Positions 36,806 through 44,876 of a DNA stretch of 64,000 nt are shown in pieces. The notes beneath the pieces are model-generated. The model was given only the letters and a program-made list of their open reading frames with translations. It made no database searches and had not been told where the DNA came from. The position numbers were made by a program, and so were the translations under genes. The stretch is from IMG/VR virus record IMGVR_UViG_3300033148_006032; one strand, written 5' to 3'. Numbering within the stretch: the stretch's first letter is position 1; each line of letters starts with the position of its first letter. Source of the stretch: an uncultured virus (IMG/VR IMGVR_UViG_3300033148_006032). Lineage: Duplodnaviria; Heunggongvirae; Uroviricota; Caudoviricetes.

Positions 36806-38584
36806 ATGATAAGAAAAAAATTGTTAGCAACAATAACTGATACAGCTTCACTCACTATTGCCCAAATGGGAGAAATTATCGCTAATAAAGCCACTTCTTT
36901 TACAATTACGGTTGTGGCTGCTGCTACTAAACATAAAGGCCTCTGGTATAAAATTATAAACATTGGTGCTGGTGCGGTAACAGTTGCAGAAGATGGAGTT
37001 GGTACATTAATTATCCTGAAACAAAATGAGAGTATTACAATAGAATGCGATGGTACGTCATGGATTAATCCAGCTATGGGTGCTGATGTAGGAACATTAA
37101 CAGAGCAGGAATTATCAAACAAAAATTTAACACCGAACGTTGGTGTTGGTATAGCGGCTGCAAGTGCACAAGATGCTATACATGTATATAAGAGTGTGGC
37201 CGGGACAACTGGTATACGTATAGAAAATCCAGATACAACCGATTCCGGAACGACGAAATCTGGGATATCTTTGCATACTTGGACAGGGGCAGCTACAGCG
37301 GAAACATTCTTGCTTACAAGAAATGTTCAAGGGTATGGTCATCTTTTGAACCAGTCTGAATATTCAGGAACACCGGATATTGGACTTCGCTTTGAACAAG
37401 AAGGTAATTATCCAATATATTTTAAGACGAACAGTACGGACAGAATAACGATTTCGGGAAGCGGCAATGTAGGTATAGGAACAATAACACCGAATTCAAA
37501 ATTAGATGTTAATGGTAATATTCGTTTGTCTGGTGGAACGCATGATTTTATTTTTTCGACAGACCCAAGCCTTGCTACATGCCAGCTTCAAAATCAATCA
37601 TCAGGACAAACAACATCATTACAGCTCTTCACTAAGGACGGTGACGGTACGGATGATTGTAATTTCTTTCTTTATGGTGTTGGTACACCAGATGCATGGA
37701 GCGTAAATTACGAAGCCGTCAGATTAAAATATGAAAACTCTACTACTCATTATGAATTAGCTTCTGTAGCTAGTGGAACAGGTATGGTCAGACCATTAAA
37801 ACTGTATACAGGAGCAAATACATCACAATTAGTATTAGCGACAGATGGCAATGTCGGTATAGGAATAATTCCAACGGAAAAATTACAGGTATCCGGAAAC
37901 ATATTCCTGACTACCGATTCACAAAAAATATTATTCGGCACTGGCAAGGACATGAGCCTATATTACAATGGAACAGACGGATACATAAAAACAGATGAAG
38001 TCGCTCCATCCGATTTGCATATTACATGTGGAGATGCTAAGACATTAGAATTAGATACCCCGGTCTACAGAGATATAAATGTCGGAGGTATGATACTACT
38101 GAAACCTGCGGCATCCGCACCTGATATAGATACCTTTGTTGACAAAAACGGGGATGATACAACAATACCGACATATGCGTTTGCGGTTGATGAATATTTG
38201 TCCGGAGGATTTGAGATAGACCACGATTATAAAAATGGAACTAATATAATCTTTCATGTCCACTGGCAGGGAATTGCCGCTCCAACGGGCACAGACAATG
38301 TACAATGGAGACTGGTATATACGATTCTGAGGGACGATACACCCTTAGAACCTGCTGTTGCTATAGATTCACCCGACACTACATTCGACACGCAATATGA
38401 CGTGAAAAGAACCGATTTCGCTGCAATTGACGGAAGTGGTCTTCTGATGGGGGATCAGTTCATGTACAAATTATATAGGGTAACCGCAACCGGGGATGCA
38501 TATGCTGGGGATGCGTTAATCGGGACGAATGGCTTACATGTAGAAGTTAACACTCTCGGGAGTAGAAGTATAACATCAAAATGA
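36806..38584 (+). CDS. tail fibre/receptor-binding protein
   Basis: Repeated GNVGIG...P..KL.V.GNI fibre motifs; Thr/Gly-rich. Confidence 0.75.
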   Translation: MIRKKLLATITDTASLTIAQMGEIIANKATSFTITVVAAATKHKGLWYKIINIGAGAVTVAEDGVGTLIILKQNESITIECDGTSWINPAMGADVGTLTEQELSNKNLTPNVGVGIAAASAQDAIHVYKSVAGTTGIRIENPDTTDSGTTKSGISLHTWTGAATAETFLLTRNVQGYGHLLNQSEYSGTPDIGLRFEQEGNYPIYFKTNSTDRITISGSGNVGIGTITPNSKLDVNGNIRLSGGTHDFIFSTDPSLATCQLQNQSSGQTTSLQLFTKDGDGTDDCNFFLYGVGTPDAWSVNYEAVRLKYENSTTHYELASVASGTGMVRPLKLYTGANTSQLVLATDGNVGIGIIPTEKLQVSGNIFLTTDSQKILFGTGKDMSLYYNGTDGYIKTDEVAPSDLHITCGDAKTLELDTPVYRDINVGGMILLKPAASAPDIDTFVDKNGDDTTIPTYAFAVDEYLSGGFEIDHDYKNGTNIIFHVHWQGIAAPTGTDNVQWRLVYTILRDDTPLEPAVAIDSPDTTFDTQYDVKRTDFAAIDGSGLLMGDQFMYKLYRVTATGDAYAGDALIGTNGLHVEVNTLGSRSITSK

Positions 38585-38655
38585 ATATGTAATACTAGTA
38601 AATAGATTTAAAATGTAGTATAATATAATATAATATATTAAATAGGAGGTTTTTT

Positions 38656-39000
38656 ATGAAAAAAATTAAAATTACGGACTACTTGGCAAAGGGAAGAAAT
38701 ATTGATATCAAAGAATCAATCGCCTCAATATTGTTTCATCCTATGTTGCAGCTTAATCACTTAGAATTATTTCGCAATAGTGAGATTATGGCAGAAATCA
38801 AAGCGTGTACTGATGAGTATATAATATTGGCAGACCCCCAATATAAAATATTGGAAAAGGCCGTGGAAACAATAAGAGGGTGGTCTGAGGATAGTATTGA
38901 ACTGGTAGGCAGAATTATTAACGCCGAAACGGTTAAAGCGTTTGAAAAAATAGAAGGGGAAGTTGCGCATAAATTAGACAAAGAAAAACCTACCTCCTAA
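38656..39000 (+). CDS. hypothetical protein
   Basis: RBS AGGAGG; preceded by AT-rich region containing TATAAT (about 38600-38630). Confidence 0.6.
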   Translation: MKKIKITDYLAKGRNIDIKESIASILFHPMLQLNHLELFRNSEIMAEIKACTDEYIILADPQYKILEKAVETIRGWSEDSIELVGRIINAETVKAFEKIEGEVAHKLDKEKPTS

Positions 39001-39075
39001 ACAGGTAAGAATATTTTTAAAAGGAAGGCGCAAAGGAAGAAAATATCCGGTGACGGGAATAATAGAGGTGGATTT

Positions 39076-39627
39076 ATGAAAAAAAATATAGGTAATGTAG
39101 TTAATGTATTGACATTCCTATGTGTATTTTCTATATTAGTATCAATCATCACAAAGTTATTTGGTACTACTATATTTGATACATCGGGTGCATTAAACAA
39201 TTGGGAGTTTTTGAATTTTGAATGGGTGCAATACATAATCAATGGAGGATTTATATTACTCCACTATTATTTAATCGTAGGTTGTATTACAAGACTTGAA
39301 CCAAAAAAGTTATTTTTTAAATTATTACCATTTGTATTGTTGATCATTGTCTTGTTCTTTATCCCACAAAAACATTATATGATTTTGAGTTCCATAATCA
39401 TGCTAGTGACGTGCATTGCATTATCTCCGTATTTTTCAACCATAATAAAATTTATTATTAATTTTGTAATTATTTGTTTATTTCAGCAAGTAATGATATG
39501 GCTGAGGTATAGTGATATATCTTCAACTGCATTATTCGTCAGTACTGCTGAAAAAATAACAATAAATATAGATCAGACAATATTCTTAACACTATTATAC
39601 TGTCTGAATAGAAAGGGGGTGAAATGA
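39076..39627 (+). CDS. multi-pass membrane protein, possible kinase-less AgrC-like sensor
   Basis: About 5-6 hydrophobic segments; directly upstream of the peptide and AgrB-like genes. Confidence 0.55.
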   Translation: MKKNIGNVVNVLTFLCVFSILVSIITKLFGTTIFDTSGALNNWEFLNFEWVQYIINGGFILLHYYLIVGCITRLEPKKLFFKLLPFVLLIIVLFFIPQKHYMILSSIIMLVTCIALSPYFSTIIKFIINFVIICLFQQVMIWLRYSDISSTALFVSTAEKITINIDQTIFLTLLYCLNRKGVK

Positions 39628-39728
39628 TGCCAGGTTCTTGGTTTTTCATAGGGGAAAAGACAAAAGATTCATTCCAGTTTGGACTGAAGAAATTAGGTGA
39701 TTGCTTATGCAATTTCTTCAGCATGTAA
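39624..39728 (+). CDS. AgrD-like peptide precursor, 34 aa (absent from ORF track)
   Basis: MMPGSWFFIGEKTKDSFQFGLKKLGDCLCNFFSM; RBS AAAGGGGGTG; ATGA overlap with the upstream stop. Confidence 0.5.
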   Translation: MMPGSWFFIGEKTKDSFQFGLKKLGDCLCNFFSM

Positions 39729-40072
39729 AGGACTTCTTAAAAACTGCCAGCTTTGTATTATTTGTAATTATAACACAAGGCTGGCAAGCTTTGGGTATAA
39801 TCTTTATATCCATATTAAACAATAGACCATGGGAATGTCTGTTCATATTTATAGGATTCGTTATGGGTAGGCATTTTTTCGGGAAGAGCTATCATGCTCC
39901 GTCTTTGTGGGTATGCACTATAATAACCTGGGGAGTCTTTTACTTTTTGACCTCAGCTATACCAACGTTTCAAGTTAGTGTTACTCTTCCTTGTGTGTTT
40001 GGCGTAGGGTTGGCCTATGCTCTCTCAAGGATTAATGACTTTACGGAACAGAAAGGAGCGCGTAATGGGTGA
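39707..40072 (+). CDS. agrB: short AgrB-like membrane peptidase
   Basis: GRHFFGKSYHAPSLWVC matches AgrB R-x3-G-x2/3-HA-x5-C with His/Cys 7 residues apart; hydrophobic. Confidence 0.7.
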   Translation: MQFLQHVKDFLKTASFVLFVIITQGWQALGIIFISILNNRPWECLFIFIGFVMGRHFFGKSYHAPSLWVCTIITWGVFYFLTSAIPTFQVSVTLPCVFGVGLAYALSRINDFTEQKGARNG

Positions 40073-40286
40073 AATATATTCTTGGCTACAGTTTATAATT
40101 GTGGTAATTGGATTGATTTCCGTGTTTCTCCGTATTGGAAATTCACAGGGAAAGCAACAGGAAAAAAACAAGAATGTTGAGAAGAAACTCGATATTCACG
40201 ATAAAAAAATAGACATATTGGAAGCAAATATTTCAGAAATAAAATCCGATCTGTCTTATATAAAAGGAAGATTATTGCCAAAATAA
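40065..40286 (+). CDS. holin-like protein (1 TM + coiled coil)
   Basis: N-terminal TM, coiled coil ending LSYIKG; directly upstream of endolysin. Confidence 0.55.
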   Translation: MGEIYSWLQFIIVVIGLISVFLRIGNSQGKQQEKNKNVEKKLDIHDKKIDILEANISEIKSDLSYIKGRLLPK

Positions 40287-40300
40287 GAAGGAGGTATGGT

Positions 40301-40897
40301 ATGATAAAAGTTTTGAACACCCCCAAGCTTTCAAAAAACTTTACTTTGTCTGAGTTTGTATGTCCGGACGGTAATAGGGAAGTAATAATAATTGATGAGC
40401 TTGTGAAACGCTTACAGGCTCTCAGAGACGTATTGGAAAAACCTGTGAGGCTTGTATCCGGATATCGAAGCAAGTCATACAATAAAAAAATAGGAGGTGC
40501 CAAAAATTCTCAACATCTGTATGGTAATGCCGCAGATATAAAGGTTTCTGGTATACATCCTGCTGATGTGGCCAAGGCTGCGGAACTTGTTGGATTTCGT
40601 GGAATTGGTATATACACGCACAATGGAAATAATTTTACACATGTTGATCTCCGGGGAAAAACAACTTACTGGAAGGACTCAAAAAGTGGAAAACTAGTCA
40701 ATATGAAAATGATTGAAGGGTATACCAAGGAATATAGTTTGCCAAAAACAACAGATACGATTATTATTGAAAAAGAAAGATTAATTGAGAAACAAGTACA
40801 GGTTATCAAGCGCCACGAAGAACGTTTTAAGTCTGTATTTGAATTAGCACAAAAAATATTAAATTTAAAAGGAAAGGAGAATGATCATGCAGAATAG
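40301..40897 (+). CDS. endolysin, peptidase M15A family
   Basis: NFTLSEF, SGYRS..YN..IGGAKNSQHLYGNAADI, FTHVD.R. Confidence 0.9.
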   Translation: MIKVLNTPKLSKNFTLSEFVCPDGNREVIIIDELVKRLQALRDVLEKPVRLVSGYRSKSYNKKIGGAKNSQHLYGNAADIKVSGIHPADVAKAAELVGFRGIGIYTHNGNNFTHVDLRGKTTYWKDSKSGKLVNMKMIEGYTKEYSLPKTTDTIIIEKERLIEKQVQVIKRHEERFKSVFELAQKILNLKGKENDHAE

Positions 40898-41081
40898 ATG
40901 GAAATCGAAAGTATTATGGGCTTCCATAGTAGTTCAAATAATTGCAATAGGTCAGCTGGTTGGATTATGGCAATTAATAGGTGTTGATGCCGGACTTGTT
41001 GGCGATGTAGCGGCTGGAATACTTGGATTATTGGTAACTATAGGAATTATAAATAATCCAACAAATAAACACAGCTTTTAA
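40881..41081 (+). CDS. holin
   Basis: QNRWKSKVLW, two TM segments, GIINNPT. Confidence 0.8.
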   Translation: MIMQNRWKSKVLWASIVVQIIAIGQLVGLWQLIGVDAGLVGDVAAGILGLLVTIGIINNPTNKHSF

Positions 41082-41112
41082 TACTTTTAAGTATCTGATC
41101 AAACAATCAAAC

Positions 41113-41160
41113 AAAAAAAAGAGTCCTATTCGGATATGGTTACCAAATAGGGCTTCTTTT
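41113..41160. terminator. bidirectional terminator between converging operons
   Basis: A-run, GAGTCCTATT...AATAGGGCTTC stem, T-run. Confidence 0.65.
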
Positions 41161-41171
41161 CATTTCTAATT

Positions 41172-41360
41172 TTATAGGTTAATATATTCTGTGAAATCCA
41201 AGCCATGTTCCCTGCAAAATTTGATTACTGCCAAAGTGACTTTTTTGCCTCCACCTATACCACATTTCATAAATCGGTGTAAATGGCTCGGATCAATATG
41301 TAGCTCTCTGGCAAATCTGTTATAATTTCCAGCACAGAATTTGTTCATTAATTCAAACAT
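41172..41360 (-). CDS. XRE-like HTH protein
   Basis: NYNRFARELHIDPSHLHRFM..G..GG. Confidence 0.7.
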   Translation of the reverse strand: MFELMNKFCAGNYNRFARELHIDPSHLHRFMKCGIGGGKKVTLAVIKFCREHGLDFTEYINL

Positions 41361-41370
41361 GCCTTGTTTG

Positions 41371-41757
41371 TTAATACCCTTTTCTCCTTCCTATTTTTCT
41401 CAAGATTAATTTTATCTGCGAAAAAAACATAGCTCTTATCTCGAAAGGTTGAGCTATTCTTACCTTGTTGCCGAGTGGTAAATTTGACTGCTGTAAGATT
41501 ATTTCAAGCCCTTCTAAGTAACCCATGTACTCAAGAGGACATGTAGCAAACTTAAGTTTAAGTCCTCTATTTGTAATCTCTATTACTCTTCCATACTTGT
41601 TATAAGGATGGAAGAGTATACTATTTATTTTAACTTTATTTTGAGGCTTGAAAAATAGCATAAAATCTTTTATCTTTAGCTTTTCTCCATAACTAGGCTT
41701 GGGACTTCCAACCCCATCTATGTCCTTCATTTTTTTTACATACTTTTCACTTTTCAT
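41371..41757 (-). CDS. hypothetical early protein
   Basis: RBS AAAGGGG. Confidence 0.55.
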   Translation of the reverse strand: MKSEKYVKKMKDIDGVGSPKPSYGEKLKIKDFMLFFKPQNKVKINSILFHPYNKYGRVIEITNRGLKLKFATCPLEYMGYLEGLEIILQQSNLPLGNKVRIAQPFEIRAMFFSQIKLILRKIGRRKGY

Positions 41758-41793
41758 GATTTTCCCCTTTCTGGCGGTAGGTCGCCACCCCTG

Positions 41794-41958
41794 TTATTCT
41801 TCATTTTCTTCTACATGTGTTATTTTTAAGCTAAAATCTAGCATTTCACCTTCCCAACCTTCAGGAAATAAAGCTGAGATTTCATCCTGTCCATCTTCAA
41901 CATATACATCATAAAAAGTAATACTGCTTTTTAACTCTCCTGAAATCCATTTTCCCAT
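41794..41958 (-). CDS. 54-aa acidic hypothetical protein (absent from ORF track)
   Basis: MGKWISGELKSSITFYDVYVEDG...; fills the gap between neighbours. Confidence 0.5.
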   Translation of the reverse strand: MGKWISGELKSSITFYDVYVEDGQDEISALFPEGWEGEMLDFSLKITHVEENEE

Positions 41959-42356
41959 TTTTTTTTTACATCCCCCTCTTTTAATTTAATAGTAGCCTTT
42001 TCTTCAATTTCATTTGCTTCACAAATAATTCTTTTACCGTCATGATTAACCTCATTTTTGAATTTCTCTACTGCATCAGTGCCCGTTAGGACATCATCCG
42101 CATACGCATAGAAATCCTCCGAATAAGGATATAATAATTCATGCCCACTGTAACAATTACCATTCCGCACTTCCAGAATAGGTGTGAGCGAAACATTTCG
42201 CTCACCACTTTCACAGTAGTTCTCATATTTTTCAGAAATTTCATCCTCCGAAAATGATTCTTCCTGAATTTTTACTCCACCTATTTCCCCCCAAAAAACA
42301 TAAAGTATGTCATTTTTGTACTGTCCAACCTTAATTCTATAAGTTTTATCTCCCAT
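41931..42356 (-). CDS. hypothetical early protein
   Basis: RBS GGAGGAGG. Confidence 0.6.
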   Translation of the reverse strand: MGDKTYRIKVGQYKNDILYVFWGEIGGVKIQEESFSEDEISEKYENYCESGERNVSLTPILEVRNGNCYSGHELLYPYSEDFYAYADDVLTGTDAVEKFKNEVNHDGKRIICEANEIEEKATIKLKEGDVKKKWENGFQES

Positions 42357-42382
42357 TTTCCTGCCTCCTCCAATTTTACATT

Positions 42383-42444
42383 TAGCCTGCCATCCTCAGC
42401 ACCGGGCGGCTATGTCCAGTGGACGGGGAAATCCCCGTTCCGGC
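42383..42444 (-). ncRNA. type II hammerhead ribozyme (variant core)
   Basis: GCC-GGAA-CGGGG(AUUU)CCCCG-UC-CACUGG(ACAUAGCCGC)CCGGUG-CUGAGGA-U-GGC-A-GGCUA; loop-I UAGCC pairs with 3' GGCUA; GGAA replaces GAAA. Confidence 0.7.
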
Positions 42445-42656
42445 TATACTTTCTTTTTATAGCTGATGTAAAACAACTCACCATCCTTCGATACCATGTC
42501 AGGTCTAGGAGGATGATCATCATACCCCACATCTTTTATACTTGACTTATAGTTTTTTATGCAATCTTCTATTTCCCCGAAGTGGTATTCTTCAATGCCG
42601 TGTTCAGCATTAAAATTATTACCTTCCAAGTCTGTAAGCCAAAATCTCCATTTCAT
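42444..42656 (-). CDS. hypothetical early protein
   Basis: ATGA-coupled to the upstream gene. Confidence 0.6.
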   Translation of the reverse strand: MKWRFWLTDLEGNNFNAEHGIEEYHFGEIEDCIKNYKSSIKDVGYDDHPPRPDMVSKDGELFYISYKKKV

Positions 42657-42955
42657 GCCAATTCCCTTCTTTCTATTATTTTTATAGGATGTGCAATGAT
42701 TCCATCACCACAATCCCATTCATCCGCGTACTCACCCTCAAAAACAACAATTTCGCCGCCTTGGGCTTTCCACTCGCTTAAAGGCATTACGCCTTCAAGA
42801 TATTCAATAAGGGATTCAAAACTTTCACAACAACAGATACCATCTGTACTGTTTTCTCCAACACCGGCTTCGCAATGTCCACCATTGAAACTTTGGTGTT
42901 GTTGCATTTGCTCTAATGTTATTCCCTTATCTGCATGGTATCTGTAAAATGTCAT
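42653..42955 (-). CDS. hypothetical early protein (start corrected to 42955)
   Basis: RBS GGGGGTAG at the end of the 101-bp repeat; MTFYRYH... Confidence 0.6.
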   Translation of the reverse strand: MTFYRYHADKGITLEQMQQHQSFNGGHCEAGVGENSTDGICCCESFESLIEYLEGVMPLSEWKAQGGEIVVFEGEYADEWDCGDGIIAHPIKIIERRELA

Positions 42956-43052
42956 TTTCACTACCCCCATAACATATATTACCTTTTCAGGTTGAGCGGA
43001 GGGGACTTTCATCCCCCGTCCGGCTTTCACGGACGCGTCCCTTGCCCTGCTA
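42952..43052 (-). repeat. 101-bp identical repeat, copy 1 (stop-ribozyme-RBS-ATG)
   Basis: Identical to 44510-44610. Confidence 0.95.
42988..43050 (-). ncRNA. twister-sister ribozyme, copy 1
   Basis: CAGG-GCAAGG-GA-CGC-GUCCG(UGAAAGC)CGGAC-G-GGGGA(UGAAAG)UCCCC-UC-CGCUCA-A-CCUG: GCAAGG/CGCUCA internal loop and UGNAAGY loop. Confidence 0.8.
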
Positions 43053-43325
43053 TCTCTCATCATCTTGTAGATATTCAATGTGGTTAATCTTGTGTTCCTC
43101 CCTTGTTACAAAATACTCGTAATCAATTAGATTAACCCATCTGCTGTAATTTTCTTCTTCGATATCAGTTTCAAATCCATAAGCGCTCGTATCTCTTATC
43201 ATTTTTTCTAACTCTATTGCCAGTTTGTTGTCATCAAATTCTGGATATTCATTTTTTAGAAATTCTAAATTTTCTTCTAATAAATCTTCTCTTTCAATAT
43301 TTTTGCCGTTAAAAATAATTTTCAT
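43050..43325 (-). CDS. hypothetical early protein
   Basis: First gene after an early promoter; RBS GGAGG. Confidence 0.65.
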   Translation of the reverse strand: MKIIFNGKNIEREDLLEENLEFLKNEYPEFDDNKLAIELEKMIRDTSAYGFETDIEEENYSRWVNLIDYEYFVTREEHKINHIEYLQDDER

Positions 43326-43371
43326 TTTCACTACCTCCAAATAATTTTTTTAACTCCCTCTTACAATTACT

Positions 43372-43400
43372 ATTATAATATATATTACTATATAGTACAA
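43372..43400 (-). promoter_or_regulatory. strong sigmaA early promoter (TTGTAC-17-TATAAT)
   Basis: Near consensus; twin at 47459-47487. Confidence 0.75.
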
Positions 43401-43550
43401 GTAAAGAAAAGGGCAAATATGAGGATATAACACTATTTACCCCTGAATTACATACATTACCTACCTATATCCCTAAATTTTACTCTTGTTTACTCCGATT
43501 TACTCCATATATCTAGTTTTTTATAAAAAAGATTTAAATTTATTTTATGC

Positions 43551-43614
43551 TGCCCGGGATTGTGAACCGGGCATCCGCATTACAGGCAGGGGGCATCCTG
43601 CCGTCACTCTGCAA
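43551..43614 (-). ncRNA. twister ribozyme (circularly permuted, P5-type opening)
   Basis: UGCA-GA-GUGA-C-GGCAGG..CCUGCC-UG-UAA-UGCG-GA-U-GCCCGG-U-UCAC-AA-UC-CCGGGC: P1, P2, P4 and pseudoknots T1 (UCAC/GUGA) and T2 (GA/UC) all pair. Confidence 0.75.
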
Positions 43615-43641
43615 TTTATTCTGTGGGTCCTCCTCCTCTTG

Positions 43642-43836
43642 TTATATCTCATCAACATAGAGGGATTTAGCATCATCCCAGTATCGCATATTACTAGAAA
43701 TCCATTCTTCTGCGCGATACCTCGTTTTATATAGTCTTGCTTGTCTGAATTGGTGAGTAAACATCCCCGTTTTCCAGTGTAAATATAATTTTCCGTATCG
43801 CACTGCAAATTCTGTAATTTTACATTTTGCCCCCAT
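43642..43836 (-). CDS. hypothetical early protein
   Basis: RBS AAAGGAG. Confidence 0.55.
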   Translation of the reverse strand: MGAKCKITEFAVRYGKLYLHWKTGMFTHQFRQARLYKTRYRAEEWISSNMRYWDDAKSLYVDEI

Positions 43837-43990
43837 TTTGGCTTACTCCTTTCTGCGTGTATTTCGCTTGATATTGTTTTACGAGTTCCCGGACAATGGC
43901 AGCTCTTGATCTTCCTGTCTCTGCTGATCTCTTTGCGATAAAATTAAATTGATCCTGATCTAGATACAAATTTAACATTGTTTTCCTCAT
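43820..43990 (-). CDS. ribbon-helix-helix (CopG-like) protein, 56 aa (absent from ORF track)
   Basis: MRKTMLNLYLDQDQFNFIAKRSAETGRSRAAIVRELV; RBS AAGGAGG. Confidence 0.7.
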   Translation of the reverse strand: MRKTMLNLYLDQDQFNFIAKRSAETGRSRAAIVRELVKQYQAKYTQKGVSQNGGKM

Positions 43991-44058
43991 TCAATTACCT
44001 CCTTTCCTCGTTAAGTAAACTACCAGACCCAGCCTCTCAACCGGGTCTATTTTTGGTA

Positions 44059-44190
44059 TTATTCCTCGGTTATTTGCTTTGCCAGCAGCTTTTGAGCTTT
44101 ACATGCTGCTGAAATTGCCTCCTCCTCACTTGGATTATTTGAAGAAAGAGCAAATAACTTCTGAATTTTTTCAATAACTTTTCTTTCCAT
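44059..44190 (-). CDS. stand-alone DUF2786-like peptide, 43 aa (absent from ORF track)
   Basis: MERKVIEKIQKLFALSSNNPSEEEAISAACKAQKLLAK; RBS AAGGAGG. Confidence 0.7.
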   Translation of the reverse strand: MERKVIEKIQKLFALSSNNPSEEEAISAACKAQKLLAKQITEE

Positions 44191-44327
44191 TTATTTTTCC
44201 CTCCTTTTATTTTCTCAATCAACTTGATTTTCCTTATACACTGCGAAAGTTGCAAGTCCTCTTTGTATAGCAAGAATCAGATATATGCCTCCATATATAA
44301 ATTTTTTCTTCCCCATAAATTTTTTCT

Positions 44328-44513
44328 TCATTTTTTTCTCACCCCCAGTTCCAATATTTGTGTTGTTTGTCCACTTGCATTATTAATGGCCTCTTGTTTT
44401 GTTTTTCCGAACCCTAACCTCCCATCAGGTAAAACAACTTGCACGTAATTATCATTAGTATTAACAATATAATTCCCTTCAAGGTCATACCTTATCGCTT
44501 TGATTTTTTTCAT
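44328..44513 (-). CDS. hypothetical early protein (start corrected to 44513)
   Basis: RBS supplied by the 101-bp repeat. Confidence 0.55.
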   Translation of the reverse strand: MKKIKAIRYDLEGNYIVNTNDNYVQVVLPDGRLGFGKTKQEAINNASGQTTQILELGVRKK

Positions 44514-44610
44514 TTTCACTACCCCCATAACATATATTACCTTTTCAGGTTGAGCGGAGGGGACTTTCATCCCCCGTCCGGCTTTCACGGACGCGTCCCT
44601 TGCCCTGCTA
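44510..44610 (-). repeat. 101-bp identical repeat, copy 2
   Basis: Identical to 42952-43052. Confidence 0.95.
44546..44608 (-). ncRNA. twister-sister ribozyme, copy 2
   Basis: Identical to 42988-43050. Confidence 0.8.
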
Positions 44611-44811
44611 CTATCTTTGTATTTCGTGCTTACATATTACATTTAATTCCTTATCTATTATTCTTGTATATGGTGTAAGGCATTTTTTGAGTGTTTCTAA
44701 ATCATCACACATGGACAATTGTTTCCATCTATGTGTTTGGTGAGTTCTATTTTTTGTTAATGGTTCTTGTATGATATAAAATTCCGCGTATTCTAGCATA
44801 TAATCCTTCAT
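44611..44811 (-). CDS. hypothetical early protein
   Basis: RBS AGAAAGGG. Confidence 0.55.
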   Translation of the reverse strand: MKDYMLEYAEFYIIQEPLTKNRTHQTHRWKQLSMCDDLETLKKCLTPYTRIIDKELNVICKHEIQR

Positions 44812-44876
44812 AGTTTTCTACCCTTTCTGCCGAGTACAACGCCCCCGGCTTGGCTTGTCTATTATCCGTGTTCGGA

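Noticed and set aside
39000..39065. GGCGCAAAG as part of a c-di-GMP-I riboswitch upstream of the agr-like module
   Set aside because: The required stems and GNRA tetraloop/receptor cannot be built from the flanking sequence.
42956..43078. Shared N-terminal peptide KAGRGMKVPSAQPEKVIYVMGVVKM on ORFs 42653-43078 and 44328-44588
   Set aside because: Artefact of reading through the 101-bp non-coding repeat; the real starts follow the RBS at the end of the repeat.
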